A stretch of DNA of 64,000 bases from an uncultured delta proteobacterium (GTDB taxonomy: Bacteria > Myxococcota > Myxococcia > Myxococcales > Anaeromyxobacteraceae): NCBI GenBank assembly GCA_963766715.1, contig CAVYBH010000008.1, forward strand, positions 672,001 through 736,000, read 5' to 3'. The notes under the pieces are model-generated. The model was not told where the DNA came from. It did no database searches and worked only from the letters and a program-made list of their open reading frames with translations. The translations under genes and the position numbers were made by a program. Below are positions 1-10,467 of the stretch, in pieces; the first letter of the stretch is position 1, and each line of letters opens with the position of its first letter.

Positions 1-2390
1 GGAGCCGCAAGGTGAAGGAGCTCCTGCTCGCCGACGACTACGCGGGGCTGCTGCAGATCGCCCGCGGCCAGGTGGAGGGAGGCGCGCACGTCCTCGACGT
101 CTGCACCGCGCTGAACGAGCGGGAGGACGAGGCCGCCCAGATGCGCACGCTGGCGCGCCTCTTCTCGCAGAGCGTGGACGCGCCGCTCATGATCGACTCG
201 ACCGAGGCCGACGTCATCGAGAGCGCGCTCAAGGTGTACCCGGGGCGCTGCATCGTCAACTCGGTCAACCTCGAGAAGGGCGGCGAGCGGGTGAAGAAGG
301 TGCTCCCGCTCGTGAAGCGCTTCGGCGCCGCGGTGGTCTGCATGACCATCGACGAGAAGGGCATGGCCCAGACCGCCGAGCGCAAGGCCGAGGTGGCCCG
401 GCGCACCGTGGCCATCGCCAGGGAGTACGGGCTCGAGCCCGACCAGCTGGTCTTCGACGCGCTCACCTTCACCCTGGCCACCGGCGGCGGCGAGTACCGG
501 CGGAGCGCCGTCGAGACCCTCGACGGCATCCGGCGCATCAAGGCGGAGAACCCCGGCGTCTTCACCACCCTGGGCGTCTCCAACGTGAGCTTCGGGCTCG
601 CCAGGAGCGCGCGCGAGGTCGTCAACTCGGTCTTCCTCTTCCACGCGGTGCAGGCCGGGCTCGACCTCGCCATCGTGAACCCCAAGGACCTCCGCCCCTA
701 CCCGCTCGTCGATCCCGTCGAGCGGGAGCTGGCCGAGGACCTGATCTTCGACCGGCGCGAGGACGCGCTGGCGCGCCTCATCGCCCACTTCGAGGGCAAG
801 GCGCCGCAGGTCGCGGCCACCGCCGAGGCGCTCGGCGAGGGGAAGCCGGCCGAGGAGCGCCTCCACCTCCAGATCCTGCACCGGCGCCCGGAGGGCGTCG
901 AGGCCCTCATCGACGAGGCGCTGACCCGCCACGCACCGGTCGAGGTCCTGAACGAGGTGCTGCTCCCCGCCATGAAGGACGTGGGCGACCGCTTCGGCGC
1001 GGGCGAGCTCATCCTGCCCTTCGTCCTCCAGTCGGCCGAGGTGATGAAGCGGGCGGTGGGCTACCTCGAGAAGTTCCTCGACCGGGTCGAGGGGAGCACC
1101 AAGGGCACGGTCGTGCTCGCCACCGTCTACGGCGACGTCCACGACATCGGCAAGAACCTGGTGAAGACCATCCTCGCCAACAACGGCTTCACCGTGCACG
1201 ACCTGGGCAAGCAGGTCCCGGTGGCCACCATCATCGAGAAGGCGGTCGAGACCGGCGCCGACGCGGTGGGGCTGTCGGCGCTGCTCGTCTCCACGTCGAA
1301 GCAGATGCCCTACTGCGTGGAGGAGCTCTCCCGGAGGAACCTCTCCTTCCCGGTCATCATCGGGGGCGCCGCCATCAACCGGAAGTTCGGCCTGCGCACG
1401 AACCTCCTTCCCGACGGCACGGCCTACGCGGGCGGGGTCTTCTACGCCAAGGACGCCTTCGAGGGGCTGGAGCTCGTGCAGCAGCTCGTCGACCCGGCGC
1501 GGCGGGAGGCGCTCCGCCGCAGCACGGTCGAGAAGGCGCTGCAGGCGCGCAACGCGCCGGTCGTCGAGGCGCCGCCCCCGGCCGCGTCCCGCCGGAGCGA
1601 CGTCCGCCCCGCGGAGAAGGCCCCCGCGCCGCCCTTCTGGGGGACGCGCGTGGTCCCGTCCGGCGCCATCCCGCTCTCCGACCTGTGGCCGCACCTCGAT
1701 CTCACCGAGCTCTTCAAGCTGCAGTGGGGCGTCCGCGCCAAGGGGGAGGAGTACGAGCGGATGATCCGCGAGGAGTTCGGTCCCCGGCTCGAGGAGCTGA
1801 AGGCCGAGGTCCAGTCGAAGGGCTGGCTCACGCCGCGGGTCGTGTACGGCTACTTCCCGTGCCACGCCGAGGGCGAGGAGCTCGTCGTCCTCGACCCGGA
1901 GCACCGCCGCGAGGAGCTGGTGCGCCTGCGCTTCCCGCGTCAGCCCGACGAGCGGCACCTCTGCCTCTCCGACTACTTCCGGACCGAGCGCGGCGCCGAC
2001 GTGGTGGCCTTCCAGGTGGTGACCGTGGGGGACATGGCCTCCAAGGTCGCCGACGAGATGCAGGAGAAGGGCGACTACGCCCGCGCGCTCTACCTGCACG
2101 GCCTGGCCGTGGAGACCGCCGAGGCGCTCGCCGACTTCTGGCACGCGCAGGTCCGCAGCGAGCTCTCCATGGCCCCCGATCAGGGGAAGCGCTACTCGCC
2201 CGGCTACCCGGCCTGGCCCGAGCTCGAGGACCAGAAGAAGCTCTGGAAGCTGCTCGACCCGGAGCGGAACATCGGCGTCTCCCTCACCAGCGCCGACCAG
2301 ATGGTCCCGGAGCAGTCCACGTCCGCGATCGTGCTCCACCACCCCGAGGCGGTGTACTACACCGTCAAGGGGGCCATGCCGGTGGCGTGA
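1..2390 (+). CDS. metH: Cobalamin-dependent methionine synthase (5'-truncated by window edge)
   Basis: Pterin-binding domain (PLMIDST, GVSNVSFG), cap domain (GELILPFVLQSAEVMK), B12-binding motif GDVHDIGKNLV, C-terminal activation domain (RYSPGYP...PEQSTSA). The N-terminal homocysteine-binding domain lies outside the window. Confidence 0.95.
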   Translation, partial: SRKVKELLLADDYAGLLQIARGQVEGGAHVLDVCTALNEREDEAAQMRTLARLFSQSVDAPLMIDSTEADVIESALKVYPGRCIVNSVNLEKGGERVKKVLPLVKRFGAAVVCMTIDEKGMAQTAERKAEVARRTVAIAREYGLEPDQLVFDALTFTLATGGGEYRRSAVETLDGIRRIKAENPGVFTTLGVSNVSFGLARSAREVVNSVFLFHAVQAGLDLAIVNPKDLRPYPLVDPVERELAEDLIFDRREDALARLIAHFEGKAPQVAATAEALGEGKPAEERLHLQILHRRPEGVEALIDEALTRHAPVEVLNEVLLPAMKDVGDRFGAGELILPFVLQSAEVMKRAVGYLEKFLDRVEGSTKGTVVLATVYGDVHDIGKNLVKTILANNGFTVHDLGKQVPVATIIEKAVETGADAVGLSALLVSTSKQMPYCVEELSRRNLSFPVIIGGAAINRKFGLRTNLLPDGTAYAGGVFYAKDAFEGLELVQQLVDPARREALRRSTVEKALQARNAPVVEAPPPAASRRSDVRPAEKAPAPPFWGTRVVPSGAIPLSDLWPHLDLTELFKLQWGVRAKGEEYERMIREEFGPRLEELKAEVQSKGWLTPRVVYGYFPCHAEGEELVVLDPEHRREELVRLRFPRQPDERHLCLSDYFRTERGADVVAFQVVTVGDMASKVADEMQEKGDYARALYLHGLAVETAEALADFWHAQVRSELSMAPDQGKRYSPGYPAWPELEDQKKLWKLLDPERNIGVSLTSADQMVPEQSTSAIVLHHPEAVYYTVKGAMPVA

Positions 2391-2427
2391 AATAGGTTCC
2401 TCGAGCCGGGGGTTCGTCAGGCGTCCG

Positions 2428-3749
2428 ATGGCGCGCACATCCACGAGAGCCCTGCTCGCCATCGGGATCCTGGCGCTCGCCGGGGCGGCGGCCGGCGCGG
2501 GACCGCAGCGGCCCCGGACGGCCTGCCCGCGAGCCTGACCTTCGAGGACGCGGTCCGCATCGCCCGCGAGCGTGCGCCCGACCGGGCCCTCGCCGAGGCG
2601 GCCGTGGACGGCCGCCCGCTCCCAGGTCCGCACCGCCGGGGCCCTGCCCAACCCGGCCGCCTCCTTCATGGCCGGGTGGTCCTCCCAGTGCGACCAGCCG
2701 GGCTGCAACCGCCCGAGCTAACCGCGGCCGCTGGGCGACCAGGGCGCAATGGCGGCGCTCGTCACCGGCCAGCGAGGGCTCGCCATCGACGCGGCCGAGC
2801 AAGGGCTCCAGGGCGCCGAGTCCACCCGGCTCGACGCCACGCGAAACCTCGACTTCCAGGTGAAGCAGCAGTTCGTGAACGCCTCGGTGGCGGGGCGAGC
2901 GGCGCGCTATCGCACCGGGACGAGGCGGCGCTCGGAGAGGAGACGGTGGCGCTCGCGCGGAAGCGGTTCGAGGCCGGCGCCATCTCGGACGCCGACGTGG
3001 CGCGCCTCGAGGTCCTGCACATGCAGATGGAGCAGCTCGCCGACAAGGCGGAGCAGGCCTTCGAGCAGTCCCGCGCGGCGCTGGCCCAGCTGCTCGGCTC
3101 GCGCGGCGCCGCGGCCTCCTTCGCGGTCGACCCCGGACCCGTCACCACCGCGCTCACCCCGCCCCAGCTGGCCGGCGCCACCCTGCCCGTCCTCGTCGAC
3201 GACGCCCGCGAGCGGCGGCCCGACCTCGCGACGGCGCGCGCCCAGGTGGAGCAGGCGCGCTTCCAGGCCTCTCTCGCCCGCAGGCAGGTCATCCCCCAGT
3301 TCCAGCTCCAGGCGCAGTACCAGCAGCAGGGCGCTCCCGGCGGCTGGTTCACCCCGCCGACCGCGTCGGTGGGGCTGTCGATCCCCATCCCGGTGCTCTA
3401 CCAGCAGCAGGGGCAGATCGGGCAGGCCGACGCCGGCGTGCTCGCCGCCCAGGCCACCGTGGCCAAGGTGGAGGCCCAGGTGGTGGCCGACGTGACGAAT
3501 GCCTTCGCCGCCTACCAGTCCTCCCAGCGCACCACCCAGCGCGCCGAGCGGAAGCTGCTCGCCCGGTCCCGGGACGCGCGCGACCTGGTCCGGATCCAGT
3601 ACGCCAAGGGGGCGGCGAGCCTCCTCGACTACCTCGACGCCCAGCGGACCCACCTCACGAACGAGATCGACTACCTGACCTCGCTGGCCGCCTACTGGAC
3701 GGCGGTGTTCCAGCTCGAGCAGGCGGTCGGAGCGAGCTACCTGCCATGA
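2428..3749 (+). CDS. czcC: TolC/CzcC-family outer membrane efflux protein (5' half frameshifted)
   Basis: ATG 2428 begins a signal peptide (MARTSTRALLAIGILALAG). OEP-type helical repeats (ARKRFEAGAISDADVARLEV; YAKGAASLLDYLDAQRT) are spread over ORFs 2749.. and 2604..3749. First gene of a CBA-type operon. Confidence 0.8.
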
Positions 3750-4870
3750 GCCGGAAGGTCCTCCCAATCCTCGGCGTCGCGCTCGTCGCCCTCGCCTGCC
3801 GGGAGGCGCCCGTCCAGGCGCCGGCCTCGGCCCCGCCGGGCGAGGCCTGGCTGAACGAGAAGCAGGTCGCCGACGCCCGGCTCGCGGTCGAGCCGGCCCG
3901 CGTCCGACCGGTCGGCGCGCCGGTGGTGGCGCCGGCGCGGGTGGCCTTCAACGACCTGAAGGTGGGGCACGTCTTCTCGCCGGTGGCCGGTCGCGTGGTG
4001 CAGGTGCTGGCGCAGCCGGGCGACCGGGTGAAGAAGGGGACGCCGCTCGCCGCCATCCACTCCCCGGAGGTCGGCCAGGCCGTGGCCGACCTGGCCCGCG
4101 CCCAGGCCGATCTCCGGCTCGCCGAGCAGGAGGAGCGTCGCCAGAAGGAGCTCGTGGAGGCCCGCGCCGGCGCCCGCCGGGATCTCGAGACGGCGGTGGC
4201 GGCCGCGGCCCGCGCCCGCGCCGAGTTCGCCCGCGCCGACGAGAAGGCCCGGCTGCTCCGCGCCGACGGGCTCACGAGCTCCCAGGAGTACGTGGTGCGC
4301 AGCCCGATCGACGGCGAGGTCATCTTCCGGAACATCAGCCCGGGCATGGAGGTGCAGGGGCAGTACGCCGGCGGGCAGGCCGTCGAGCTATTCACCGTAG
4401 GTGAGATCAGCGCGGTCTGGATCCTGGCCGACGTCTTCGCCCTCGACGTGCCCCGGCTGGCCGTGGGGGCGCCGGCCCGGGTCATCCTGCCCGCGTTTCC
4501 CGGCCGCTCCTTCGACGGCTCGGTCGACTGGATCGCCGGCGCCCTCGATCCGGCGTCGCGGGCGGCCCGGGTCCGCGTCAAGCTCGCCCGCCTCGAGCGG
4601 GAGCTGAAGCCCGAGATGCTCGGCACCGTCGAGATCGCCGGCCGCTCCCGCGAGGCGCTGGCCGTCCCCCGGGCGGCGGTCCTCCGGGTGGGCGAGGGGC
4701 GCTTCGTCTTCGTCGAGGACGGGAAGTCGCCCGACGGCCGCACCCGGTTCCTGCGGCGCGCCGTCGAGGTGGACGACGACGGTGGCGACGTGGTCGCCGT
4801 CTCCCGCGGCCTCGAGCCGGGCGAGAAGGTCGTGACCGGGGGCGCCATCCTGCTCCTCGGGATGCTCTAG
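3746..4870 (+). CDS. czcB: RND efflux periplasmic adaptor (CzcB/CusB-like)
   Basis: Lipoprotein-like N-terminus (ALACRE), lipoyl halves (SPVAGRV...GDRVKKG; RSPIDGEV), GLEPGEKVVTGG. ATGA overlap with the upstream gene. Confidence 0.9.
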   Translation: MSRKVLPILGVALVALACREAPVQAPASAPPGEAWLNEKQVADARLAVEPARVRPVGAPVVAPARVAFNDLKVGHVFSPVAGRVVQVLAQPGDRVKKGTPLAAIHSPEVGQAVADLARAQADLRLAEQEERRQKELVEARAGARRDLETAVAAAARARAEFARADEKARLLRADGLTSSQEYVVRSPIDGEVIFRNISPGMEVQGQYAGGQAVELFTVGEISAVWILADVFALDVPRLAVGAPARVILPAFPGRSFDGSVDWIAGALDPASRAARVRVKLARLERELKPEMLGTVEIAGRSREALAVPRAAVLRVGEGRFVFVEDGKSPDGRTRFLRRAVEVDDDGGDVVAVSRGLEPGEKVVTGGAILLLGML

Positions 4871-4879
4871 GAGGCGGCC

Positions 4880-7800
4880 ATGATCTCCCGGATCGTCCGC
4901 TTCGCCCTCGGGCTCCCGGCCGTGGTGATGGGGCTGGCGCTCGCGCTCGCGGCCGGCGGCGTCATCGCGTTCCGCGCCCTCGACATCGAGGCCTATCCCA
5001 ACCCCACCCCGCCCCTCGTCGAGGTCATCGTCCAGCCGCAGGGATGGAGCGCCGAGGAGGTGGAGCGGTACGTGACCATCCCGCTCGAGGTGGAGCTGGC
5101 CGGCATGCCCGGGCTCGATCACATCCGGTCGCAGTCCCTCTTCGGCCTGGCCGACGTGAAGGTCTACTTCGGCTGGGGCATCTCCTACGAGCAGGCCCGC
5201 CAGGAGGTGATCAACCGCCTCCAGTTCGTCCAGCTCCCCGCCGGGCTCCAGGCCCAGCTCTCCCCCTGGAACGCCATCGGCGAGGTCTTCCGTTACCGGC
5301 TGCGCGGGGAGGGGTACTCGCTCTCCGAGCTCAAGGCGGCCCAGGACTGGATCCTGGAGCGGGAGTTCCGGCAGGTCCCCGGCGTCATCGACGTCTCCTC
5401 CTTCGGCGGGGAGACGAAGCAGTTCCACGTCGACGTGGACCCCAATCGCCTGCGCGCCTACGGCGTCACCCTCTCCCAGATCCAGCAGGCTCTCGGGAAC
5501 GCCAACCTGAACACCGGGGGGCAGCGGCTCACCGCCGGGGAGCAGTCGTTCACGGTCCGGGGCGTGGGGGTCATCCGCTCGACGCGCGACGTGGGCGACG
5601 TGGTGGTCACCACCGCGAAGGGCGCACCGGTGCGCATCCGCGACGTGGCCACGGTGACCGTGGGGGCGGCCCCGCGGCTGGGTCAGGTCGGCCTGAACGG
5701 CGAGGGGGACGTGGTGCAGGGCGTGGTGCTCATGCGCTACGGCGGGCGCACCCGCCCCACCCTCGAGGGCATCCACGGCCGGCTGGAGGAGATCAAGCGC
5801 CGCAAGTCGCTGCCGCCCGGGATGGAGATCGAGCCCATCTACGACCGCGGCGCGCTCGTCGCCCTCACCACCCGCACCGTGATGGAGAACGTGCTCGTGG
5901 GCATCGGGCTCGTGGGGCTCGTGCTGGCCTTCTTCCTGGGGAGCTGGAAGGCGGCGCTGGTCACCGCGGTGAACATCCCGCTCGCCCTGTGCGCGGCCTT
6001 CGCCGGCATGGTCCTCACCGGAACGCCGGCGAACCTCATCTCGCTCGGCGCCGTGGACTTCGGCATCGTGGTCGAGTCGACCGCCATCATGGTGGAGAAC
6101 GTCTTCCGCCACCTGGGCGAGAACGGCACCGGCGGCATGCGGCCGCGCATCCTGGCCGCGGCCGGGGAGGTCGGCCGCCCGCTCGGCTTCTCCACCCTCA
6201 TCCTGGCGGTGGCCTTCCTGCCGCTCTTCGCCATGACCGGCGTGTCGGCGGTGATCTTCAAGCCCATGGCCGAGACCTACGGCTTCGCCATCGGCGCGGC
6301 GACGCTGCTGGCCGTGACCCTCACCCCCGTCCTGCTCGCCCGGGTGCTGAAGCCCCACGCGGAGGACAAGGAGAACGCCGCGCTCCGCTGGGTGCAGCGG
6401 CGCTACGACCCGTCCTTCGGCCTGGCGCTGCGGCGGCCGGCCGTCACGCTGCTGCTCGCCGGACTGGTCGCCGTCTCCCCGGCGGTGCTCTTCCCGCTGG
6501 TGGGGAAGGAGTTCATGCCCAAGCTGGAGGAGGGGAACTTCTGGATCCGGGCCACCCTCCCCACCTCGATCTCGCTCGAGCAGTCCTCGAAGTACGTGGG
6601 GCGGATGCGCGACATCGTCCGTGCGCACCCCGAGGTGGTGTCGGTGGTGTCCCAGGTCGGGCGACCGGACGACGGCACCGACGTCTCCGGCTTCAACAAC
6701 GTGGAGCTCTTCGCGCCGCTCAGGCCCTTCGGCGAGTGGAAGGGCGGCCTGACCAAGGAGAAGCTCACCGACGTCCTCTCCGGCGAGCTCTCCGAGGCCT
6801 TCCCTGGCGTGGTCTTCAACTTCTCGCAGGCCATCGCCGACAACCTGGAGGAGGCGGTCTCGGGCGTGAAGGGGGAGAACAGCGTCAAGGTGTTCGGCGC
6901 CGACGTGAAGGAGAACGAGCAACTGGGAGACCTCGTCGCCGACGAGATGGAGAAGGTCCGCGGGGTCCACGACCTGGGCGTCTTCCGCTCGCTGGGGCAG
7001 CCCAGCATCCGGGTCACCACCGACCGCGTCCGGGCCGCCCGATACGGCCTCAACACCGGCGACGTGGAGGCGGTGGTCCAGGCGGCCGTGGGCGGGCAAG
7101 CGGCCACCCAGGTCTACGAGGGCGAGCGGAAGTTCGACCTCGTGGTCCGCCTCCAGGAGCCCTTCCGGCGCAGCGCCGAGGCCATCCGCCGCATCCCGCT
7201 CTTCGCGCCCGACGGCAGCCAGGTGGCGCTCGGCGAGGTGGCCGACATCGCCGAGGAGGACGGTCCGGCGGTCATCTACCGCGAGGACGGACGCCGCTAC
7301 ACCCCGGTGAAGTTCTCGGTGCGGGGTCGCGACCTGGCGTCCACGGTGAAGGAGTCGCAGGACCGGATCGAGTCGGGGGTGAAGCTGCCCTGGGGCGTCC
7401 ACCTCGAGTGGGCCGGCGAGATCAACGAGCTGGGCGACGCGGCGAGGCGGCTCGCGGTGGTCATCCCCATCACCCTCCTCCTCATCGGCCTGCTCGTCTT
7501 CCTGGCGGTGCGCAACTGGGTGGACTTCGCGCTGGTGGTGTTCTCCATCCTGCTCTCGGCCGCGGGGGGCTTCCTGGCGCTCGTCGTGACCGGAGAGCAC
7601 TTCTCTGTCTCCGCCACCATGGGCTTCGTCTCCCTCTTCGGGGTGGCGGTGCTGTCCGCGCTCCTGGTGGTGAGCTACGCCCAGCAGTGCTGGGCGGAGG
7701 GCATGGGGCTCGAGGAGGGCGCCCAGGAGGCGGGGCGCCACCGGTTCCGTCCGGTGCTCATGACGACGCTCGTCGCCACGCTGGGCCTGCTCCCCGCCGC

Positions 7801-7972
7801 GCTCTCGAACGGCATCGGCTCGCAGACCCAGAAGCCCCTCGCCATCGTGGTCATCGGCGGCTCGCTGGCGCTGGCCTTCCTGATCCGGGCCTTCCTGCCG
7901 CCCCTCCTCGTGATTCTCCACCGGCGCTTCCACGGGCGGGGCGGGAAGCGCGTCGCCCCGGCGCCGGGCTGA
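4880..7972 (+). CDS. czcA: CusA/CzcA-family heavy-metal efflux RND permease
   Basis: 1030 aa; EEVERYVTIPLEVEL, SLGAVDFGIVVE..IMVEN, EFMPKLEEG, RFRPVLMTT, QKPLAIVVIGG. Confidence 0.93.
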   Translation: MISRIVRFALGLPAVVMGLALALAAGGVIAFRALDIEAYPNPTPPLVEVIVQPQGWSAEEVERYVTIPLEVELAGMPGLDHIRSQSLFGLADVKVYFGWGISYEQARQEVINRLQFVQLPAGLQAQLSPWNAIGEVFRYRLRGEGYSLSELKAAQDWILEREFRQVPGVIDVSSFGGETKQFHVDVDPNRLRAYGVTLSQIQQALGNANLNTGGQRLTAGEQSFTVRGVGVIRSTRDVGDVVVTTAKGAPVRIRDVATVTVGAAPRLGQVGLNGEGDVVQGVVLMRYGGRTRPTLEGIHGRLEEIKRRKSLPPGMEIEPIYDRGALVALTTRTVMENVLVGIGLVGLVLAFFLGSWKAALVTAVNIPLALCAAFAGMVLTGTPANLISLGAVDFGIVVESTAIMVENVFRHLGENGTGGMRPRILAAAGEVGRPLGFSTLILAVAFLPLFAMTGVSAVIFKPMAETYGFAIGAATLLAVTLTPVLLARVLKPHAEDKENAALRWVQRRYDPSFGLALRRPAVTLLLAGLVAVSPAVLFPLVGKEFMPKLEEGNFWIRATLPTSISLEQSSKYVGRMRDIVRAHPEVVSVVSQVGRPDDGTDVSGFNNVELFAPLRPFGEWKGGLTKEKLTDVLSGELSEAFPGVVFNFSQAIADNLEEAVSGVKGENSVKVFGADVKENEQLGDLVADEMEKVRGVHDLGVFRSLGQPSIRVTTDRVRAARYGLNTGDVEAVVQAAVGGQAATQVYEGERKFDLVVRLQEPFRRSAEAIRRIPLFAPDGSQVALGEVADIAEEDGPAVIYREDGRRYTPVKFSVRGRDLASTVKESQDRIESGVKLPWGVHLEWAGEINELGDAARRLAVVIPITLLLIGLLVFLAVRNWVDFALVVFSILLSAAGGFLALVVTGEHFSVSATMGFVSLFGVAVLSALLVVSYAQQCWAEGMGLEEGAQEAGRHRFRPVLMTTLVATLGLLPAALSNGIGSQTQKPLAIVVIGGSLALAFLIRAFLPPLLVILHRRFHGRGGKRVAPAPG

Positions 7973-8075
7973 ACCGTCCACGCCCCATCCACATCCGAAA
8001 CACCGGGTTTTCCTCCAGGAATTCAGCCTTTTCCACCAGGCGCCGACGGTGATCCCGTCGGACCCGCCTGCTACC

Positions 8076-9464
8076 ATGCGCGCCTCCATGGGCGAGCCAC
8101 TGGCACTCCGAGGCGTCCGCGACCTCCCTCACAACCTCGAGGCGGAGCAGGCGGTCCTGGGGGCCGTCCTGCTCGACGAGACCGCCTTCGACCAGGTCGC
8201 GGCGCTGCTCAAGTCCCAGGACTTCTACTCGCTCGCCCACCAGCACGTCTTCGCCGCCTTCGAGGACCTGGCCAAGGAGTCGCGCAAGATCGACCCGGTG
8301 CTGGTGCAGCAGCGGCTCGACGCGAAGGGGCTGCTCGGCGCCCAGGTGCCGCGCGAGCTGGTCTTCGGGCTGGCAGCCTCCGTCGGCTCCTCGTCCAACG
8401 CCGCCCACTACGCCGAGGCCGTGAACGAGCTGGCCCGGCTGCGCACGATGATGCTCACCGCCCAGCGGGTGGTGGAGCGGGGCTACGAGGCCGGCCCGCG
8501 GGTGCGCGACTTCCTCGAGCAGGCGCAGCAGGACGTCTTCGGCGCCGCCCAGGGAAACTCGCTCGAGACCATGAAGCCCTTCGCCGAGGCGATGGGCCAG
8601 GCCCTCGACCGGCTCGAGGCCATCCACGCCCGCGTCAAGGCGGGGCTCTCGCACGTCACCGGCGTGCCCACCGGGCTTCCCTGGCTCGACGACCAGACGC
8701 TCGGCCTCCAGCCCGGCACGCTCGTCATCCTGGCGGCCCGCCCCTCGGTGGGAAAGACGGCGCTGGCGCTCAACGTCGCCGCGCACGCCGCCACCAAGGG
8801 GGAGAAGAAGGTGGTCTTCTTCTCGCTCGAGATGCCGTCCGACCAGCTGGCGCTGCGCCTGCTCGCCAGCGAGGCCAAGCTCGACAGCGAACGGGTCAGC
8901 AAGGGCAAGCTCGCCCAGCACGACTGGGACCGGATCATGGTGCAGGGCGAGCGGCTCATGGGCGCGCCCATCTGGTTCGACGACAGCTTCATGCTCTCGC
9001 CGGTCGAGCTGCGCTCCAAGTGCCGCAAGCTGAAGCGGGAGAGCGGCCTCGACCTCGTGGTGGTCGACTACCTCCAGCTCATGCACGCGCCGTCCGACCG
9101 CGCCAGCCAGTCGCGCGAGCAGGAGATCGCCACCATCAGCCGGTCGCTGAAGGCGCTCGCCAAGGAGCTCCAGGTGCCGGTGGTGGCGCTCTCCCAGCTC
9201 AACCGCGCGGTGGAGAAGCGCAAGGGCGAGCGCCCCATGCTCGCCGACCTCCGCGAGTCGGGCGCCATCGAGCAGGACGCCGACGTCGTCATGTTCCTGC
9301 ACCGCCCCGAGCAGGAGGGCGAGGCGGCCCAGGACGCCATGAACGCCGACGTGCTGGACGTCGAGCTCATCCTGGCCAAGCACCGCCAGGGGCCCACCGG
9401 CCTCATGCCGCTGGTCTTCTTCAAGAAGCACACCTTCTTCGCCGAGAAGAGGCGCGAGGGGTAG
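8076..9464 (+). CDS. dnaB: Replicative DNA helicase
   Basis: PHNLEAEQAVLGAVL, Walker A ILAARPSVGKT, FFSLEM, VDYLQLM, SQLNR, DLRESGAIEQDAD. Start is ATG 8076 or 8088. Confidence 0.97.
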   Translation: MRASMGEPLALRGVRDLPHNLEAEQAVLGAVLLDETAFDQVAALLKSQDFYSLAHQHVFAAFEDLAKESRKIDPVLVQQRLDAKGLLGAQVPRELVFGLAASVGSSSNAAHYAEAVNELARLRTMMLTAQRVVERGYEAGPRVRDFLEQAQQDVFGAAQGNSLETMKPFAEAMGQALDRLEAIHARVKAGLSHVTGVPTGLPWLDDQTLGLQPGTLVILAARPSVGKTALALNVAAHAATKGEKKVVFFSLEMPSDQLALRLLASEAKLDSERVSKGKLAQHDWDRIMVQGERLMGAPIWFDDSFMLSPVELRSKCRKLKRESGLDLVVVDYLQLMHAPSDRASQSREQEIATISRSLKALAKELQVPVVALSQLNRAVEKRKGERPMLADLRESGAIEQDADVVMFLHRPEQEGEAAQDAMNADVLDVELILAKHRQGPTGLMPLVFFKKHTFFAEKRREG

Positions 9465-9716
9465 TGCAGGCGCGCCGGGTCGTGACCCTGGTCGTGGGCT
9501 TCGGGCCCGCGTTCGCCTGGGCGATCTGGATGACCCGGCGCTTCGAGCCGATGCTCGGGTGGGGACGGGCCATCGCGCTGGCGGCGTTCACGGGGCTGGG
9601 CGTGCTGGGGACTCTCGTCGCTCGTGCTCGCCTGGACGCCCTGGCTCCTCGAGCGCGCCGGCTTCCGCGACGCCGGCGCCTGGCTCCGGAAGTACTGGGA
9701 CGAGGACGCTCGCTAG
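9464..9716 (+). CDS. Small hypothetical membrane protein (probable 1-bp frameshift near 9620)
   Basis: GTG overlaps the dnaB stop; two hydrophobic segments. An alternative frame gives ...LAWTPWLLERAGFRDAGAWLRKYWDEDAR* ending at TAG 9714-9716. Confidence 0.45.
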
Positions 9717-10467
9717 GGACGGGCGCGCTGACCGCGTCGAGGTAGCGCTCCACGATCCGCTTCGCCCTCCGGACCGCCTCCTCCAGGGGCAGGCCCCGGG
9801 CCAGGAAGGCGGCCGTGGCCGAGGCCAGCCGGCAGCCGGTCCCGCGCGCGGTCCCGGGGCGCCGGCGGCCGCGGATGCGGACCACGGCGCGGCCCCGGAC
9901 GAGCAGGTCGACCGGCTCCCCCTCGCGGTGCCCCCCCTTCACGAGGACGGCGCGCGAGGGAAGCTCCCGCGCGGCCCGGACCGCCTCCTCCTCCGAGCCG
10001 AGCCGCCGGCCGCAGAGCGCCTCCAGCTCGGGCCAGTTGGGGGTGGCGAGCGTGGCGCGGGAGAGCAGCGCGTCGAGGGTCGCGCGGGCGCCTCGCGGGC
10101 CGGCGTCGAGGAGCGGCAGGCCGGAGGTGGAGAAGAGCACCGGGTCGACCACGAGCGGCACCCGGGCGAGCGGCCGCTCCCGGAGGCGGGCCGCCAGCGC
10201 CTGCGCGTTCGCGGCGCTGCCCAGCATGCCGCTCTTCACCGCGAGTGGACGCTCCCTCCCGGCCAGCAGCGCGTCGACCTGGGCGAGCAGCATGGCCGGG
10301 CGGGCCGGCTCGACGGCGCGGGCGCCGCGCGCCCCCTGGGCGGTGAGGGCGGTGGCCACGGCCCAGCCGCGGGCCCCCGCGGCGGCGATCGCCTCGAGGT
10401 CGGCGACCAGCCCGGCCCCGCCGCTGGGATCGAGCCCGCCGCAGAGCAGCACCCGCGGGGCGGTCAA
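9713..10467 (-). CDS. thiD: Hydroxymethylpyrimidine/phosphomethylpyrimidine kinase
   Basis: GGLDPSGGAGLVADL, AVKSGMLG, VVDPVL, ATPNWPE, VLVKGGH, RGTGCRLAS. TTG start overlaps the upstream stop. 3' end uncertain (as assembled the ORF runs on to 9421). Confidence 0.85.

Noticed and set aside
8076..9464. Intein or prophage-type dnaB
   Set aside because: Normal length, continuous motifs, and no phage genes nearby.
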